From: a virus
Lineage: Duplodnaviria; Caudoviricetes
Virus record (IMG/VR): IMGVR_UViG_3300046787_000508
Coordinates: 138,895-202,894 of that record
Length of the DNA stretch: 64,000 bases
Reading direction: 5' to 3' (one strand)
In this document: positions 9,740 through 19,256 of the stretch, in pieces
How the letters are laid out: every line of letters begins with the position of its first letter
How positions within the stretch are numbered: position 1 is the stretch's first letter
Notes under the pieces: model-generated
Told to the model about the DNA's origin: nothing
Databases searched by the model: none
Seen by the model: only the letters and a program-made list of their open reading frames with translations
Program-made: the position numbers and the translations under genes

Positions 9740-10462
9740 TTACTTAGTAAAAATCCCCTTTTTAATCATTCTATCCAAAATATTAGCACATGCAATATCT
9801 AAAGCTTTCTTTGTGGATATTGAAATTGTAGATTGATTGAATTTTATTGGGTCTACAGTTGCGTCAGATAAAAGTGTTAATTCTCTATTTGTCTTAGCCT
9901 CACCTAATCCAGAACCCGCGAAAACAACCCCTGTTTCTGCGTCTGTAAATCTAACCTGTAAACCAATACGAGTGACCATATTATCTCTAATACCATCTTT
10001 CATATTAATAGTTTCATCTTCAGATATAGAATAATCGTAACATTCAATTGTAACGAAATACTTCGCCAAATTAATCTTACCACGACCATCTAATTTATTT
10101 TCAGAAATACCCGCTTGAGATGCTTGAAATTGTTTTACCATACGGTTTTTTATTTCTGTTGATGACTCAGTGAATTTAAAACGATTTAAATTTTCCAAAT
10201 ACTCCATTGAAATATTTGCAACACCTAATCCTACTCTTTTTTCCTTTAACTCGGGATACATTTCGTATACTTCATCTGAGATTCCACACTTAAGTATTTG
10301 AATCGGAATTTGAGGACCCTCATAATCCATATAAGCGGATATGTCTTTTTTCTTTTCAAAGTCCGCTTTATACTCTTCAGTTTTTGTTTTACCGATTGTT
10401 TGTGCTGTAGATACGAAACTAAAGAACATACAAACTAATAATAATGATAATGTTTTTTTCAT
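9740..10462 (-). CDS. csgG: CsgG-family (curli secretion channel-like) protein
   Basis: Signal peptide; GLGVANISMEYL, NRFKFTE, IGLQVRFTDAETG..FAGSG pattern of CsgG/TolB_N fold. Confidence 0.7.
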   Translation of the reverse strand: MKKTLSLLLVCMFFSFVSTAQTIGKTKTEEYKADFEKKKDISAYMDYEGPQIPIQILKCGISDEVYEMYPELKEKRVGLGVANISMEYLENLNRFKFTESSTEIKNRMVKQFQASQAGISENKLDGRGKINLAKYFVTIECYDYSISEDETINMKDGIRDNMVTRIGLQVRFTDAETGVVFAGSGLGEAKTNRELTLLSDATVDPIKFNQSTISISTKKALDIACANILDRMIKKGIFTK

Positions 10463-10476
10463 AATAATGTGTTTAT

Positions 10477-10683
10477 TTAATATCTTTTCGGCCAAGACCA
10501 ACCTTTTTTAATACCACGAAGACCTAATAATGTTGAAAATCCAAAAAATTGAATAACCCATAATATGCCGGCCCAATTGGTCGTCTTTAATTCATGGTCA
10601 AACACAATGGTTAATGTCACCATGTAAATTATAAGTGAATAAAACAAAATAACTTGTTCATATCTTAAAAACCAATTTTTCAT
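10477..10683 (-). CDS. small membrane protein (2 TM)
   Basis: Two hydrophobic stretches; in operon. Confidence 0.6.
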   Translation of the reverse strand: MKNWFLRYEQVILFYSLIIYMVTLTIVFDHELKTTNWAGILWVIQFFGFSTLLGLRGIKKGWSWPKRY

Positions 10684-10686
10684 AAC

Positions 10687-10917
10687 TTAGTTGTTTACGG
10701 GACCTTCGTACCAAATGTTATCAGGATTGTTTTTAAATCTTCCATCAATTTTCCATGTCACCTTATTTGAAATGTCTCTCATTCTATCTTGTTGATTCGT
10801 AAATTCAAGATAAATAAAAAACACTTGTGTTGACAGGGCAACTACAATCCATACCATTGTAAGGATTAGAAATGAGTTAAAAAGTAACTCACTTGTTTTG
10901 TTCAATATTTTTGTCAT
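10687..10917 (-). CDS. small membrane protein
   Basis: One TM helix; TATTTATA upstream on sense strand. Confidence 0.6.
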   Translation of the reverse strand: MTKILNKTSELLFNSFLILTMVWIVVALSTQVFFIYLEFTNQQDRMRDISNKVTWKIDGRFKNNPDNIWYEGPVNN

Positions 10918-10969
10918 AATATATTGTTTTATTATAAATATAAAAAAAGGGAGATAAATCCCCCTTTAA

Positions 10970-11218
10970 TTATCCTTCATTTTCTTCTTTCTTCTTATGT
11001 GTGAATTTATCCACCGTATCCGCACCCATACCAATTCCCGTTATAATCATAACGGCATTTACTAAGTCAGGTGACGGAGCAAAATCGGCATGTGAGAACG
11101 AATTTAAAATCATTGTAACACATAAAAATAGTGCACCAATCATAGCGATTACCGGTTTTACCGATATTGAACCTCTTTCATCTTTGAAAAGTTCGATAAC
11201 CCATTCTTTAAATTTCAT
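10970..11218 (-). CDS. small membrane protein (2 TM, holin-like topology)
   Basis: Two TM helices and charged C-terminus. Confidence 0.6.
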   Translation of the reverse strand: MKFKEWVIELFKDERGSISVKPVIAMIGALFLCVTMILNSFSHADFAPSPDLVNAVMIITGIGMGADTVDKFTHKKKEENEG

Positions 11219-11246
11219 AGTTTATTTATTTTTGTCATTTTATTTA

Positions 11247-11849
11247 TTAACCTTCCATGTCCATTTCGGCATATTCGTCTTTTACTTTACCACACTTCAA
11301 ACATTCCTCAGTTCCATCACCATCTAAATCACCCCAAACGTGTTCACATTGTCTGTGGGCGAAATATTCGTCAATTTTACCGTCACCGTCAAAGTCTAAA
11401 CCGTCCATAACACCATCACCATCCTCGTCAATCTCAACTCCCTTTTTCTCAGGTTGGTCACTTACTTGGACATCTTGTCCAACTTCTGACGATTCTGTTA
11501 ACACTAATGGCGTTGTTGACATTGGTACAATCGGATTATTAGGACCATCTGCGGTATTACTTAAGGAAATTCCATCTTCTTCGTCCATTTTCTGAACTAA
11601 CATTTTATCCTTATCAGTATCACTAAACCAATAGTCAATGATTTTACCGTAAGAACCAATGAAAGCACCTAACATTAATAATAATAATTCTTTCCATTCA
11701 GCTGATGCCGCTGTGTTTGTGGTTATTGCTCCAAAAATACCACCGATAATTATCATAAATCCACCCAATACCATCGCAGAAATATACCATCTACGTTGCA
11801 TCATTGAATTTAATAGTTCTTTAAACCCACTTGGTTGTTGTTCAGCCAT
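11247..11849 (-). CDS. membrane protein with DxDxDG Ca-binding repeats
   Basis: Two TM helices; DEDGDG, DFDGDG, DLDGDG motifs; C-terminal Cys/His cluster. Confidence 0.7.
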   Translation of the reverse strand: MAEQQPSGFKELLNSMMQRRWYISAMVLGGFMIIIGGIFGAITTNTAASAEWKELLLLMLGAFIGSYGKIIDYWFSDTDKDKMLVQKMDEEDGISLSNTADGPNNPIVPMSTTPLVLTESSEVGQDVQVSDQPEKKGVEIDEDGDGVMDGLDFDGDGKIDEYFAHRQCEHVWGDLDGDGTEECLKCGKVKDEYAEMDMEG

Positions 11850-11879
11850 ATTCTTTTAAATTTTTAACTTTTTAATTTA

Positions 11880-12206
11880 TTACCACTGAGCAGGTTTTTC
11901 CTTAAACTCATCACCTTCTTTTTTCTTAGGTGCCGGAGCAGGTGCAGGTGCCGATTGTTGTGTAGGTGTTGCCTTTTCTTTAATGATAACTGTTTTACCA
12001 GCTGCGGCTGATTGTTGTTGTGCTTGTTGATTTGAGTTTGTAATGTTAATTACCGGTGCGGCTTGTACGGGTGCAGGTTCGTCACCACCACCTCCAAGTA
12101 AACTAGCAGCCCAAACACCACCCGCAGTTACTATTGTACCTAAAGTACCGATTATGGTTTTTTTCAACCCACTCATTGTTCCGTCGTTTTCTGTTTCTTC
12201 TGACAT
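11880..12206 (-). CDS. hypothetical membrane-anchored low-complexity protein
   Basis: One hydrophobic helix, Q/A/P-rich tail. Confidence 0.6.
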   Translation of the reverse strand: MSEETENDGTMSGLKKTIIGTLGTIVTAGGVWAASLLGGGGDEPAPVQAAPVINITNSNQQAQQQSAAAGKTVIIKEKATPTQQSAPAPAPAPKKKEGDEFKEKPAQW

Positions 12207-12230
12207 AATTCTATTTTTAATTTTTTTTTA

Positions 12231-12611
12231 TTATAATTTATTAAAATCTGTAATACCTAACTCCACTCCATTTGAATCGAATAAACCAATTCTATAAGCC
12301 GATGGTGGTAAAGATGAAGTATATACTTTAAGTATATTGTTTCCTGATTTTACTTCAATTTCTTCTTTTGACACAACTTTATTAGTTATGTCAAATATTT
12401 TTATTGTTACTACACCGTTAATTTCGGTCTTAACATTCATTGCAACTTCGCTCGTAACAAACGGAGTTTCTAATTTTATCCCGACTGAATTTTTAATCTG
12501 TAATTGGGGGGTTACAGATACTTCAGGTTCTACTATGAAATCATCTTTGGTACAACCTCCAAGAGTCATAATAATTAACGTAAGAGTTAATAGTTTTTTC
12601 ATTTTTGTCAT
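12231..12611 (-). CDS. lipoprotein with T9SS C-terminal-domain-like Ig fold
   Basis: Lipobox LGGC; TIKIFDITNKVV...SGNN.L...SLPPSAY resembles Por secretion CTD. Confidence 0.55.
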   Translation of the reverse strand: MTKMKKLLTLTLIIMTLGGCTKDDFIVEPEVSVTPQLQIKNSVGIKLETPFVTSEVAMNVKTEINGVVTIKIFDITNKVVSKEEIEVKSGNNILKVYTSSLPPSAYRIGLFDSNGVELGITDFNKL

Positions 12612-12955
12612 TTATTAAGGTTTATTATTGTTTTACCAATTTGGTTATTACTATAATCCACCAGTGTTAAATATAAATACTTTGACTGTATGGAATTAGT
12701 GTAAATTTTCTTTATATTTTCACCGATTTGTCCGTTAAATTTTTCCTTACTAATAACTTGACCGGATTCCTTATCTGTTAAGATTAAAATATATGTTCCC
12801 GATGATGGTAAATCAAAATGTATTGACTGACCATTTGAAACACTACTTTCGGTAACACTAAAGATATCATCTATAGCCATTACCTCAGGATATGGTAGCT
12901 CGGGTTTAGTACATCCTACTAATAAAATCAACGACATTAATATTAGTTTCTTCAT
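12608..12955 (-). CDS. lipoprotein, Ig-like, paralogue-like of neighbour
   Basis: Lipobox LVGC; similar beta-sandwich pattern. Confidence 0.55.
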   Translation of the reverse strand: MKKLILMSLILLVGCTKPELPYPEVMAIDDIFSVTESSVSNGQSIHFDLPSSGTYILILTDKESGQVISKEKFNGQIGENIKKIYTNSIQSKYLYLTLVDYSNNQIGKTIINLNK

Positions 12956-15261
12956 TAGTTTACCTTTATTTTTAATTGTGTTCCACTCTTACTTACAGCG
13001 TCGGTATTCGATATTGAAGTCAATCCCAATATACTACTCAATCCTTGCAATGGTAAGAACGTTATTTTATATTCAGTTGTCTTGTCCAATGTAGTTGAAC
13101 CATCTGTTATCAATGAACCCAATGTTATAAATGAACCTCTGTCAGTTCCAAAATTCGTAGGTGTTCCTTTTGTGGTAAATTCCACCTTTTCAAAACTTAA
13201 TGCGGTGTTATCGTAGTTTAAATTGAATTGAGTCCCAACCACTTCCTGTTGTAAAGGGTCTAACGTTATTGTTACAACTAACTTACCACCGACATTCTCA
13301 CCCATTAGATAAGCGTTTATTTCATTTGACGTTGTTTTTGACGATATGGACATTGTTCTCATTGAATTGGTTGCAACACCACTTATACTTTGTTGTGCTG
13401 AATGAGATAGATTTATATCCCCCAACCAAGTCACATTAAGATTATACGTATTATTCAATACCCCACTATTCAAATTAAATGGGTATAAACTTCTCGTTGA
13501 ATTTAAGACAGTATTCCAATTTGATTTAGTTATTGCATCGTATTCTGATTTACTATATAACTTCATCAAATAAGTTAAAGCAGTGTACTGTGTTATTGGT
13601 TGTATACCTGTTATGTGTTGTAATAATCTATATGTATCTGCTTCGTTAAATATTCCGTTCCCATCCACATCTGCATTCATAAACTGTATACCTGATGTGA
13701 ATTCTAACCCACTTTGATTCCCAAATATTCCACCATTTGATAATTCTTTAAATGCCAAATAAACATCTGATATTGTAACAACACTATTATATAAAGTGTT
13801 TAATTCAGTTTGATTGTTTGCAATAATGTCAATACCATGTTGTTTGAAACTTTCGATTGGGGTAAATGTAAATTCAGATGTTAATGCATAATAACCTCCA
13901 CCATTTCGTATGTTAGATGTAAATGATGAACTATTAAAGTTGAGTGGTGTTGTTGTATAGATGTACACCTCGGTCCAACCATTAGGGTCATAACTACCAT
14001 AAGTTACCGGTCCATTATATAAATCAAATAATTGTAAATTAGTTATTGTAGATGGGTCCGAAATGATACCATTTACCTCCCTACTATCTATCCCAACTCT
14101 ATACCTTTGATTATACGTGTCATACTCATAAATCACGCACCATTCCACTTGTCCTGGTGTTGATGATACCTTAATACCTCCATTTGTTATTTTAGCAGTA
14201 TCCAAATCGTTTGTGATATCTACTTTACCCAAACCACTTAATACTCTCGATGTGTTGGTTGTTACACCCCATATATTATTTACATAAGTGTTTGCCTTTG
14301 CTGAAAATTTAGTTTCATCCACATTACCACCAAAATCAATATTGAATCGTGCGGTTAATACATCTCCATTCGTGTGTGTCGTTGAATTGGTGTAAAATTC
14401 GGTAAATGTTGCGTTATCTGGATTAGTCCAAGTCCCATATTCAATCACATATGGGTTATTATAATTGGGATGTAAATCATTCCAACAACTTGCACCATTC
14501 CATTTTGCTACGGGGTAATCTTCACTATGGTTACCACCATTTGGTTCACCACCACACCAGTTATTATAAACACCGGGAATATTACCCGCGGTTTGTCCAT
14601 TCGATGTTTTCATCACAGTCCCCAATTCAGGACCATCATCAATCACCCAAGTCCCGTCAATTACTTTATCCGTTGCCGCAAACCATATGTTAGATTGTGG
14701 TACATTTGCTCTAATAAATGATTCCTCATCTGCAGATGTTAGAGTTAGTAGATACCCTTCTTGACCTTTGAATGTAGTGGCATGTGCATTTGTTTTTGCC
14801 ACGGGATAGTAAGCACCAATTGACACTGGTTTGTAAAAGTGTCCATTTACACCATTGTAATAATAACCCGTTGGATTAATCGTTGCAGCTACTGATAATT
14901 TTACATTACCTTTATTTACACCTGTGTTCACTTTTAACGTAGTTAATGCGGTATTAATATTTGTCATCGTACCCGTCACAACTAAACGAGTTTTATTACC
15001 CGACAACGTAAAACCACTTGCGGCTGTTAATCCTGTTGTTGTTGTTAAATAAAATGTTGTACCTGTTGGATATTCCACTAAACTAATCGATGCAAGTATC
15101 ACATCGGTCGTTGAAAAACCAATTAATGAAAATCCACTAGCATCTTGTCCCGTTGTAGATGGTATAAACGATTTAGAGTCCGGAGCAGATACACTCTGTC
15201 CGAACCCTAAAAATGATGTTAATAGTAATAATATTACTAATATTTTACGCATGTTATTCAA
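12955..15261 (-). CDS. secreted multidomain protein: C-type lectin + dockerin-like + cohesin-like
   Basis: GHFY...YLLTLTSADEESFI...WFAATD...NNWCGGEPN...WND (CTLD); DVDGNGIFNEADTYRLLQHI (dockerin-like); VGTQFNLNYDNTALSF (cohesin-like). Confidence 0.7.
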   Translation of the reverse strand: MNNMRKILVILLLLTSFLGFGQSVSAPDSKSFIPSTTGQDASGFSLIGFSTTDVILASISLVEYPTGTTFYLTTTTGLTAASGFTLSGNKTRLVVTGTMTNINTALTTLKVNTGVNKGNVKLSVAATINPTGYYYNGVNGHFYKPVSIGAYYPVAKTNAHATTFKGQEGYLLTLTSADEESFIRANVPQSNIWFAATDKVIDGTWVIDDGPELGTVMKTSNGQTAGNIPGVYNNWCGGEPNGGNHSEDYPVAKWNGASCWNDLHPNYNNPYVIEYGTWTNPDNATFTEFYTNSTTHTNGDVLTARFNIDFGGNVDETKFSAKANTYVNNIWGVTTNTSRVLSGLGKVDITNDLDTAKITNGGIKVSSTPGQVEWCVIYEYDTYNQRYRVGIDSREVNGIISDPSTITNLQLFDLYNGPVTYGSYDPNGWTEVYIYTTTPLNFNSSSFTSNIRNGGGYYALTSEFTFTPIESFKQHGIDIIANNQTELNTLYNSVVTISDVYLAFKELSNGGIFGNQSGLEFTSGIQFMNADVDGNGIFNEADTYRLLQHITGIQPITQYTALTYLMKLYSKSEYDAITKSNWNTVLNSTRSLYPFNLNSGVLNNTYNLNVTWLGDINLSHSAQQSISGVATNSMRTMSISSKTTSNEINAYLMGENVGGKLVVTITLDPLQQEVVGTQFNLNYDNTALSFEKVEFTTKGTPTNFGTDRGSFITLGSLITDGSTTLDKTTEYKITFLPLQGLSSILGLTSISNTDAVSKSGTQLKIKVN

Positions 15262-16918
15262 TAACTAAATTTATTTTTTCACCTTTAGAATCAATAGCAT
15301 CCGATAGAACAAAATAAAACAATCCCGCAGTGTTTGTTAAATTTGTTTTAGGAGTAAAAATCAACTTATACGGTGTACCTGTTTTTATTCTTGCGGTTTT
15401 TAATTGGTCAATAGAACCAAATGTTAATCTACCATTATCATGAGTTGAGAAGTTTGTAATTGTACTTCCCGCATTGAAAACAACTTCATCTAATGTTAAT
15501 TTTGATTCGTCATAATTCATAATAACCTGTAAACCTGCCAAATCCGACTTAGTCAAATTCGTCAATAATACAACTTTCCCATTTTCAATTTTAGATACCA
15601 CACTTAAAGTTGCGGTTTCTAAAGTTTTTGACGTATATGATAAAGTTCCGTATGTTGACATAGTTCTATTCATTGTAACCACATTAGTGTTTACCGAATT
15701 AACATAGTTTCCACTAGCAATTCTACTACTAATTTCACTTGGCGATGATGAGTGTGACCAATCTAAATCTCCACCCCAAGCGTAAACCATATCAACAACT
15801 TGAGTTGGAGTGGTTATGGTTACGTCATTTTTAACAATCCCATCTAACCAACCTTGGTTTAATAAACCACTATACCATCTTACTGAGGTTGATGTAGATT
15901 TAGGGATAAATGCGTTTGTTGATACATCTATACCCATAACATGTGAAAACATATAATATGAGTCCGATTCACTAAATGCCGTTTTATTGAATGTTATTAA
16001 ACCAACTTTCTTTTCTAAAGCAGGATACGTAAAGAAATTAGTGGTACCACTTATATCAGTTTGTGAGATACCTAAAAATGCCTTATAAGCATCTGACACC
16101 GTTACAATATTATTCATAAATGATTTCTGATTGGCAGGTGCAACAAATACACCGAATTCATCACCTACTTTTACTTCAGTAGTGAATAACGCCTCTCCTG
16201 TCCCATCTAATTGTTTAACTGCAATAGGTTGTTGAGTCCAATCAATTTGTTTAGTTCCGTCTGTTTTTAATTTCATTAATTGAACACTATGGTCTGTTAT
16301 GTTCGTATATGAAGATGGAAATAAAACTCTAACTTTAAATTGGGAAGTGTTACCGACAACGTTAGTTAATGAAATCCCATCCGTTGATGTGGTAATTGGT
16401 GATATATATAAACCCGCGGCATCAATTGAATATGATAAATCTAATTTATGAATATTATTATATGTGTTTTGGTCTTTTATAATATATTTTTGAGTTGCCA
16501 ACAAACCGTCAATTGAATTATCGGTTCTCTGTAATGTAATTTGACCAACATTCCAATCAGGGTTCGATAAATAATTCCAAGGAGTTGTTGTATATTGACC
16601 ATACAATGATTTAGAGTCAACATTCTGAGATGGTGTAAATGAATAATTATTCCACCCAGTATAATAAGTTTGAACTGATGACCCTTGATTATATGTGGTT
16701 GATAGGTAACTTAAAGCCTTATTATTATATTGATATCTTAACCAAAAGTAACGAGGTGTTGTAATTGGGTTTGAACCCTTGATTACGGTGTATTTTATAG
16801 TTAACGTATCACCAACCTTATATGAAGATTGTGTTACTACAGATTGATTGATTGTTAATTGTGCGAACGTTGAAAATGATATTAAAAACGTCCCAAGTAA
16901 AAATAATATTTTTTTCAT
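15254..16918 (-). CDS. secreted protein with cohesin-like domains and degenerate dockerin-like helices
   Basis: Signal peptide; LRYQYNNKALSY and LAGLQVIMNYDESKLTL cohesin-like strands; VTVSDAYKAF. Confidence 0.6.
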   Translation of the reverse strand: MKKILFLLGTFLISFSTFAQLTINQSVVTQSSYKVGDTLTIKYTVIKGSNPITTPRYFWLRYQYNNKALSYLSTTYNQGSSVQTYYTGWNNYSFTPSQNVDSKSLYGQYTTTPWNYLSNPDWNVGQITLQRTDNSIDGLLATQKYIIKDQNTYNNIHKLDLSYSIDAAGLYISPITTSTDGISLTNVVGNTSQFKVRVLFPSSYTNITDHSVQLMKLKTDGTKQIDWTQQPIAVKQLDGTGEALFTTEVKVGDEFGVFVAPANQKSFMNNIVTVSDAYKAFLGISQTDISGTTNFFTYPALEKKVGLITFNKTAFSESDSYYMFSHVMGIDVSTNAFIPKSTSTSVRWYSGLLNQGWLDGIVKNDVTITTPTQVVDMVYAWGGDLDWSHSSSPSEISSRIASGNYVNSVNTNVVTMNRTMSTYGTLSYTSKTLETATLSVVSKIENGKVVLLTNLTKSDLAGLQVIMNYDESKLTLDEVVFNAGSTITNFSTHDNGRLTFGSIDQLKTARIKTGTPYKLIFTPKTNLTNTAGLFYFVLSDAIDSKGEKINLVIE

Positions 16919-16919
16919 T

Positions 16920-17459
16920 TTATTTCGTGTTTGTGAATATTTTATTAATTAATGACACACATGTCTTTTTAATTGCAGAAGACAATGCTTGTTGGTTTAC
17001 TTTATCACTACCTGAATCGGTAATTAATGTTGATGTAGAAATTTCGCTACTTGATTCCTCAGCAACGGCATCCTTTATCTTTTTCCCATCTTTGTCAGTT
17101 AAAAAACCACGCATAACAACTAATGTCTCCTCAACATCAGAATGGAATACGGAAACATTTCTTTTGGTTCTATTAACATCAAAGTAAAGTAGTTCAGCCC
17201 TAAAAATGTAATCAGCGTTTTCAGGACTCTCAACAATAACATAATCTTTTTCTTGAAGAATTTCTTGAAAGATATTCTTTACCCCAAATCCAAGGTTACG
17301 ATTATTGGTGAGTTTACCAATTTTAATTTTATTCTCAACACCTGAAACGTAGACTGATTTCGTCTCATCTATTGGTCTTAACACGTCTACGAAGAACGCA
17401 AACGTGAAAAGATACAATAAGGGCAGTAGAGATACATTGAGTCTCTTTATTTTTGTCAT
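16920..17459 (-). CDS. CsgG/TolB_N/LptE-like alpha-beta envelope protein
   Basis: N-terminal TM; LGFGVKNIFQEIL...ENADYIF...ALSSAIKK, similar layout to 9740..10462. Confidence 0.5.
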   Translation of the reverse strand: MTKIKRLNVSLLPLLYLFTFAFFVDVLRPIDETKSVYVSGVENKIKIGKLTNNRNLGFGVKNIFQEILQEKDYVIVESPENADYIFRAELLYFDVNRTKRNVSVFHSDVEETLVVMRGFLTDKDGKKIKDAVAEESSSEISTSTLITDSGSDKVNQQALSSAIKKTCVSLINKIFTNTK

Positions 17460-17522
17460 ACTAATAAATATCATCTATTAGTCAACTGATTATAAAAAAA
17501 AATAAAAATATTTTAATCTTTT

Positions 17523-17554
17523 CTTGTTTATTACAATACTTATTGTTACCTTTG
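17523..17554 (+). promoter_or_regulatory. Bacteroidetes-type promoter of first tRNA cluster
   Basis: CTTG at 17523-17526 and TACCTTTG at 17547-17554. Confidence 0.6.
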
Positions 17555-17583
17555 TACTATAAATCAAAGGAAAAAAAAATTCA

Positions 17584-17682
17584 ATGAGACAATTTACACA
17601 TACAATGTCGTTTACAATCTGTTCAAAATGGGCGGATGAGCGTTCTATGTCCTATAGTCTCGGAATTGATGAATTAAGTTAA
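17584..17682 (+). CDS. putative leader peptide (32 aa)
   Basis: MRQFTHTMSFTICSKWADERSMSYSLGIDELS between promoter and terminator preceding tRNA-Ala. Confidence 0.5.
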   Translation: MRQFTHTMSFTICSKWADERSMSYSLGIDELS

Positions 17683-17704
17683 AAGTAAATTAACTAATAA
17701 TATT

Positions 17705-17738
17705 AAAACCCTGAGACTTATAATCTCAGGGTTTTTTG
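17705..17738 (+). terminator. intrinsic terminator/attenuator
   Basis: AAAACCCTGAGA-CTTATAA-TCTCAGGGTTTT plus T run. Confidence 0.8.
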
Positions 17739-17742
17739 TTTT

Positions 17743-17812
17743 GGGCCTGATGTCAACGGCAGACCACCTGATTTGCAATCAGAGTGTTTGGGTTCGATTC
17801 CCACAGTGTCCA
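17743..17812 (+). tRNA. tRNA-Ala(TGC)
   Basis: Loop TTTGCAA; G3:U70 pair; imperfect acceptor stem. Confidence 0.75.
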
Positions 17813-17817
17813 CAAAT

Positions 17818-17891
17818 TGGAATATAGCTCAGTTGGTTAGAGCGTCATCCTGATACGGTGAATGTCGATGGTTCGAGTCCATCTATTCCAA
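17818..17891 (+). tRNA. tRNA-Ile(GAT)
   Basis: Cloverleaf, loop CTGATAC. Confidence 0.9.
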
Positions 17892-17898
17892 CAACAAT

Positions 17899-17971
17899 GG
17901 TGATGTAGCTCAGATGGTAGAGCGCTACCCTGAAGAGGTAGGCGTCGGCGGTTCGAGTCCGTCCATCACCA
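17899..17971 (+). tRNA. tRNA-Phe(GAA)
   Basis: Cloverleaf, loop CTGAAGA. Confidence 0.92.
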
Positions 17972-17975
17972 CAAT

Positions 17976-18049
17976 GACCTCGTAGCTCAGTTGGTTAGAG
18001 CACCTCACTTTTAATGAGGGAGTCAATGGTTCGAGTCCATTCGGGGTCA
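17976..18049 (+). tRNA. tRNA-Lys(TTT)
   Basis: Cloverleaf, loop CTTTTAA. Confidence 0.93.
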
Positions 18050-18055
18050 CAATAT

Positions 18056-18127
18056 GCTGCGGTAGTGAAGAGGTTAACACGTATCACTTTCTATGATAAG
18101 GCCGGGGTTCGATTCCCCGTCGCAGTA
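18056..18127 (+). tRNA. tRNA-Glu(TTC)
   Basis: Cloverleaf, loop CTTTCTA. Confidence 0.85.
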
Positions 18128-18132
18128 CAAAA

Positions 18133-18203
18133 TACAAATTAGGCTAAGGTAGCCAAATGGTCTCCAAAACCATAGGAGAAAGTTCGATTCTTTCAATTTG
18201 TGC
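18133..18203 (+). tRNA. tRNA-Trp(CCA), AT-rich/divergent
   Basis: ATGGT-CTCCAAA-ACCAT arm; GAAAG-TTCGATT-CTTTC T arm. Confidence 0.75.
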
Positions 18204-18258
18204 AAAATATAAATTATGAAAAAGAAATTTGATATGCATTAGGTTAAATTCCTAATAT

Positions 18259-18480
18259 ATGAAACCGTTCAAAAACAAAGTAAGTCAAACGACAACTCAC
18301 AACAAAGAGTATAAAATAGTAACAAACGATAAATTCGACCCATATTGGGATGAAGGATATAATTTTTATCCGAGATATCGTAGAGGGTATAAGAACCCAA
18401 ATAAATGTATAATGAGTTTTCAAATTAGAATGTATCGAACTTGGAAACATAATAGAAAAACACAATGGAGAATAATGTAG
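18259..18480 (+). CDS. hypothetical basic protein
   Basis: ORF between tRNAs, overlaps next start. Confidence 0.55.
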   Translation: MKPFKNKVSQTTTHNKEYKIVTNDKFDPYWDEGYNFYPRYRRGYKNPNKCIMSFQIRMYRTWKHNRKTQWRIM

Positions 18481-18887
18481 AGGGATTTAAGTTAAAGGCC
18501 GAAGCTCAACTTATCCAAATCAGAGAGGAAAGAAAAAAGAGGGTAAAGGAGTATTGGGAAAATCTCCCCAAGATTGTTACTCCAAACGATGTCCCTGAAT
18601 TACCAAGAGTAGATATTCAGGAATGGAAAGATTTCTACGTCCCAAAATTAATTGAGGCGGGAGCAATTGGTAAGGACGATTTGATTGAAGGTCAAATTTA
18701 CATTGGTGAACATAGAAGAGCGAATGTTGCTAAATGGAACGGAAATGAATTCATTTACAATAGAGAGAAATTTGGAAACGTTTATGAAGATAAATGTAAC
18801 CACTTTGAAGATGATGATGGGTTCGCTTTATTTGTTCCAATTAGATTTGGTACTGAGGAAGAATATAAGCAAAATTGTTTACAATAA
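18465..18887 (+). CDS. hypothetical protein (140 aa)
   Basis: ORF inside tRNA cluster. Confidence 0.7.
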   Translation: MENNVEGFKLKAEAQLIQIREERKKRVKEYWENLPKIVTPNDVPELPRVDIQEWKDFYVPKLIEAGAIGKDDLIEGQIYIGEHRRANVAKWNGNEFIYNREKFGNVYEDKCNHFEDDDGFALFVPIRFGTEEEYKQNCLQ

Positions 18888-18896
18888 ACAATAAAG

Positions 18897-18968
18897 GGTC
18901 TCTTGGTGTAACGGATAACACGGAACACTACGAATGTTTTGTTAAAGGTTCGAATCCTTTAGAGACCT
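18897..18968 (+). tRNA. tRNA-Arg(ACG)
   Basis: Cloverleaf, loop CTACGAA. Confidence 0.9.
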
Positions 18969-18974
18969 CAAATA

Positions 18975-19048
18975 AGTCAGGTTGACCGAGTTGGTAAGGT
19001 GAAGGTCTGCAAAACCTTTTACGTTGGTTCGAATCCAACACTTGACTC
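18975..19048 (+). tRNA. tRNA-Cys(GCA)
   Basis: Cloverleaf, loop CTGCAAA. Confidence 0.9.
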
Positions 19049-19056
19049 TAATATAT

Positions 19057-19131
19057 GGTGATTGTAGCTGAAATGGTAAAGCACCTGATTGTGGTTCAGG
19101 CGATTGTGGGTTCGATTCCCACCTTTCACAC
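19057..19131 (+). tRNA. tRNA-His(GTG)
   Basis: Loop TTGTGGT; encoded G-1. Confidence 0.88.
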
Positions 19132-19137
19132 AAAAAT

Positions 19138-19221
19138 TGCGGGATGTCAGAAGATGGTATCTGGGGAGTCTCATAAGCTCTTGCGTAAGCCTCGTGGGTT
19201 CGAGTCCCACTCCCGCAACCA
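19138..19221 (+). tRNA. tRNA-Met(CAT) with long variable arm, CCA encoded
   Basis: Loop CTCATAA; GC-GTAA-GC variable hairpin; could be a lysidine-type Ile tRNA. Confidence 0.8.
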
Positions 19222-19256
19222 TTTACAATGATATTTATATTCGGTAAATTATTACT

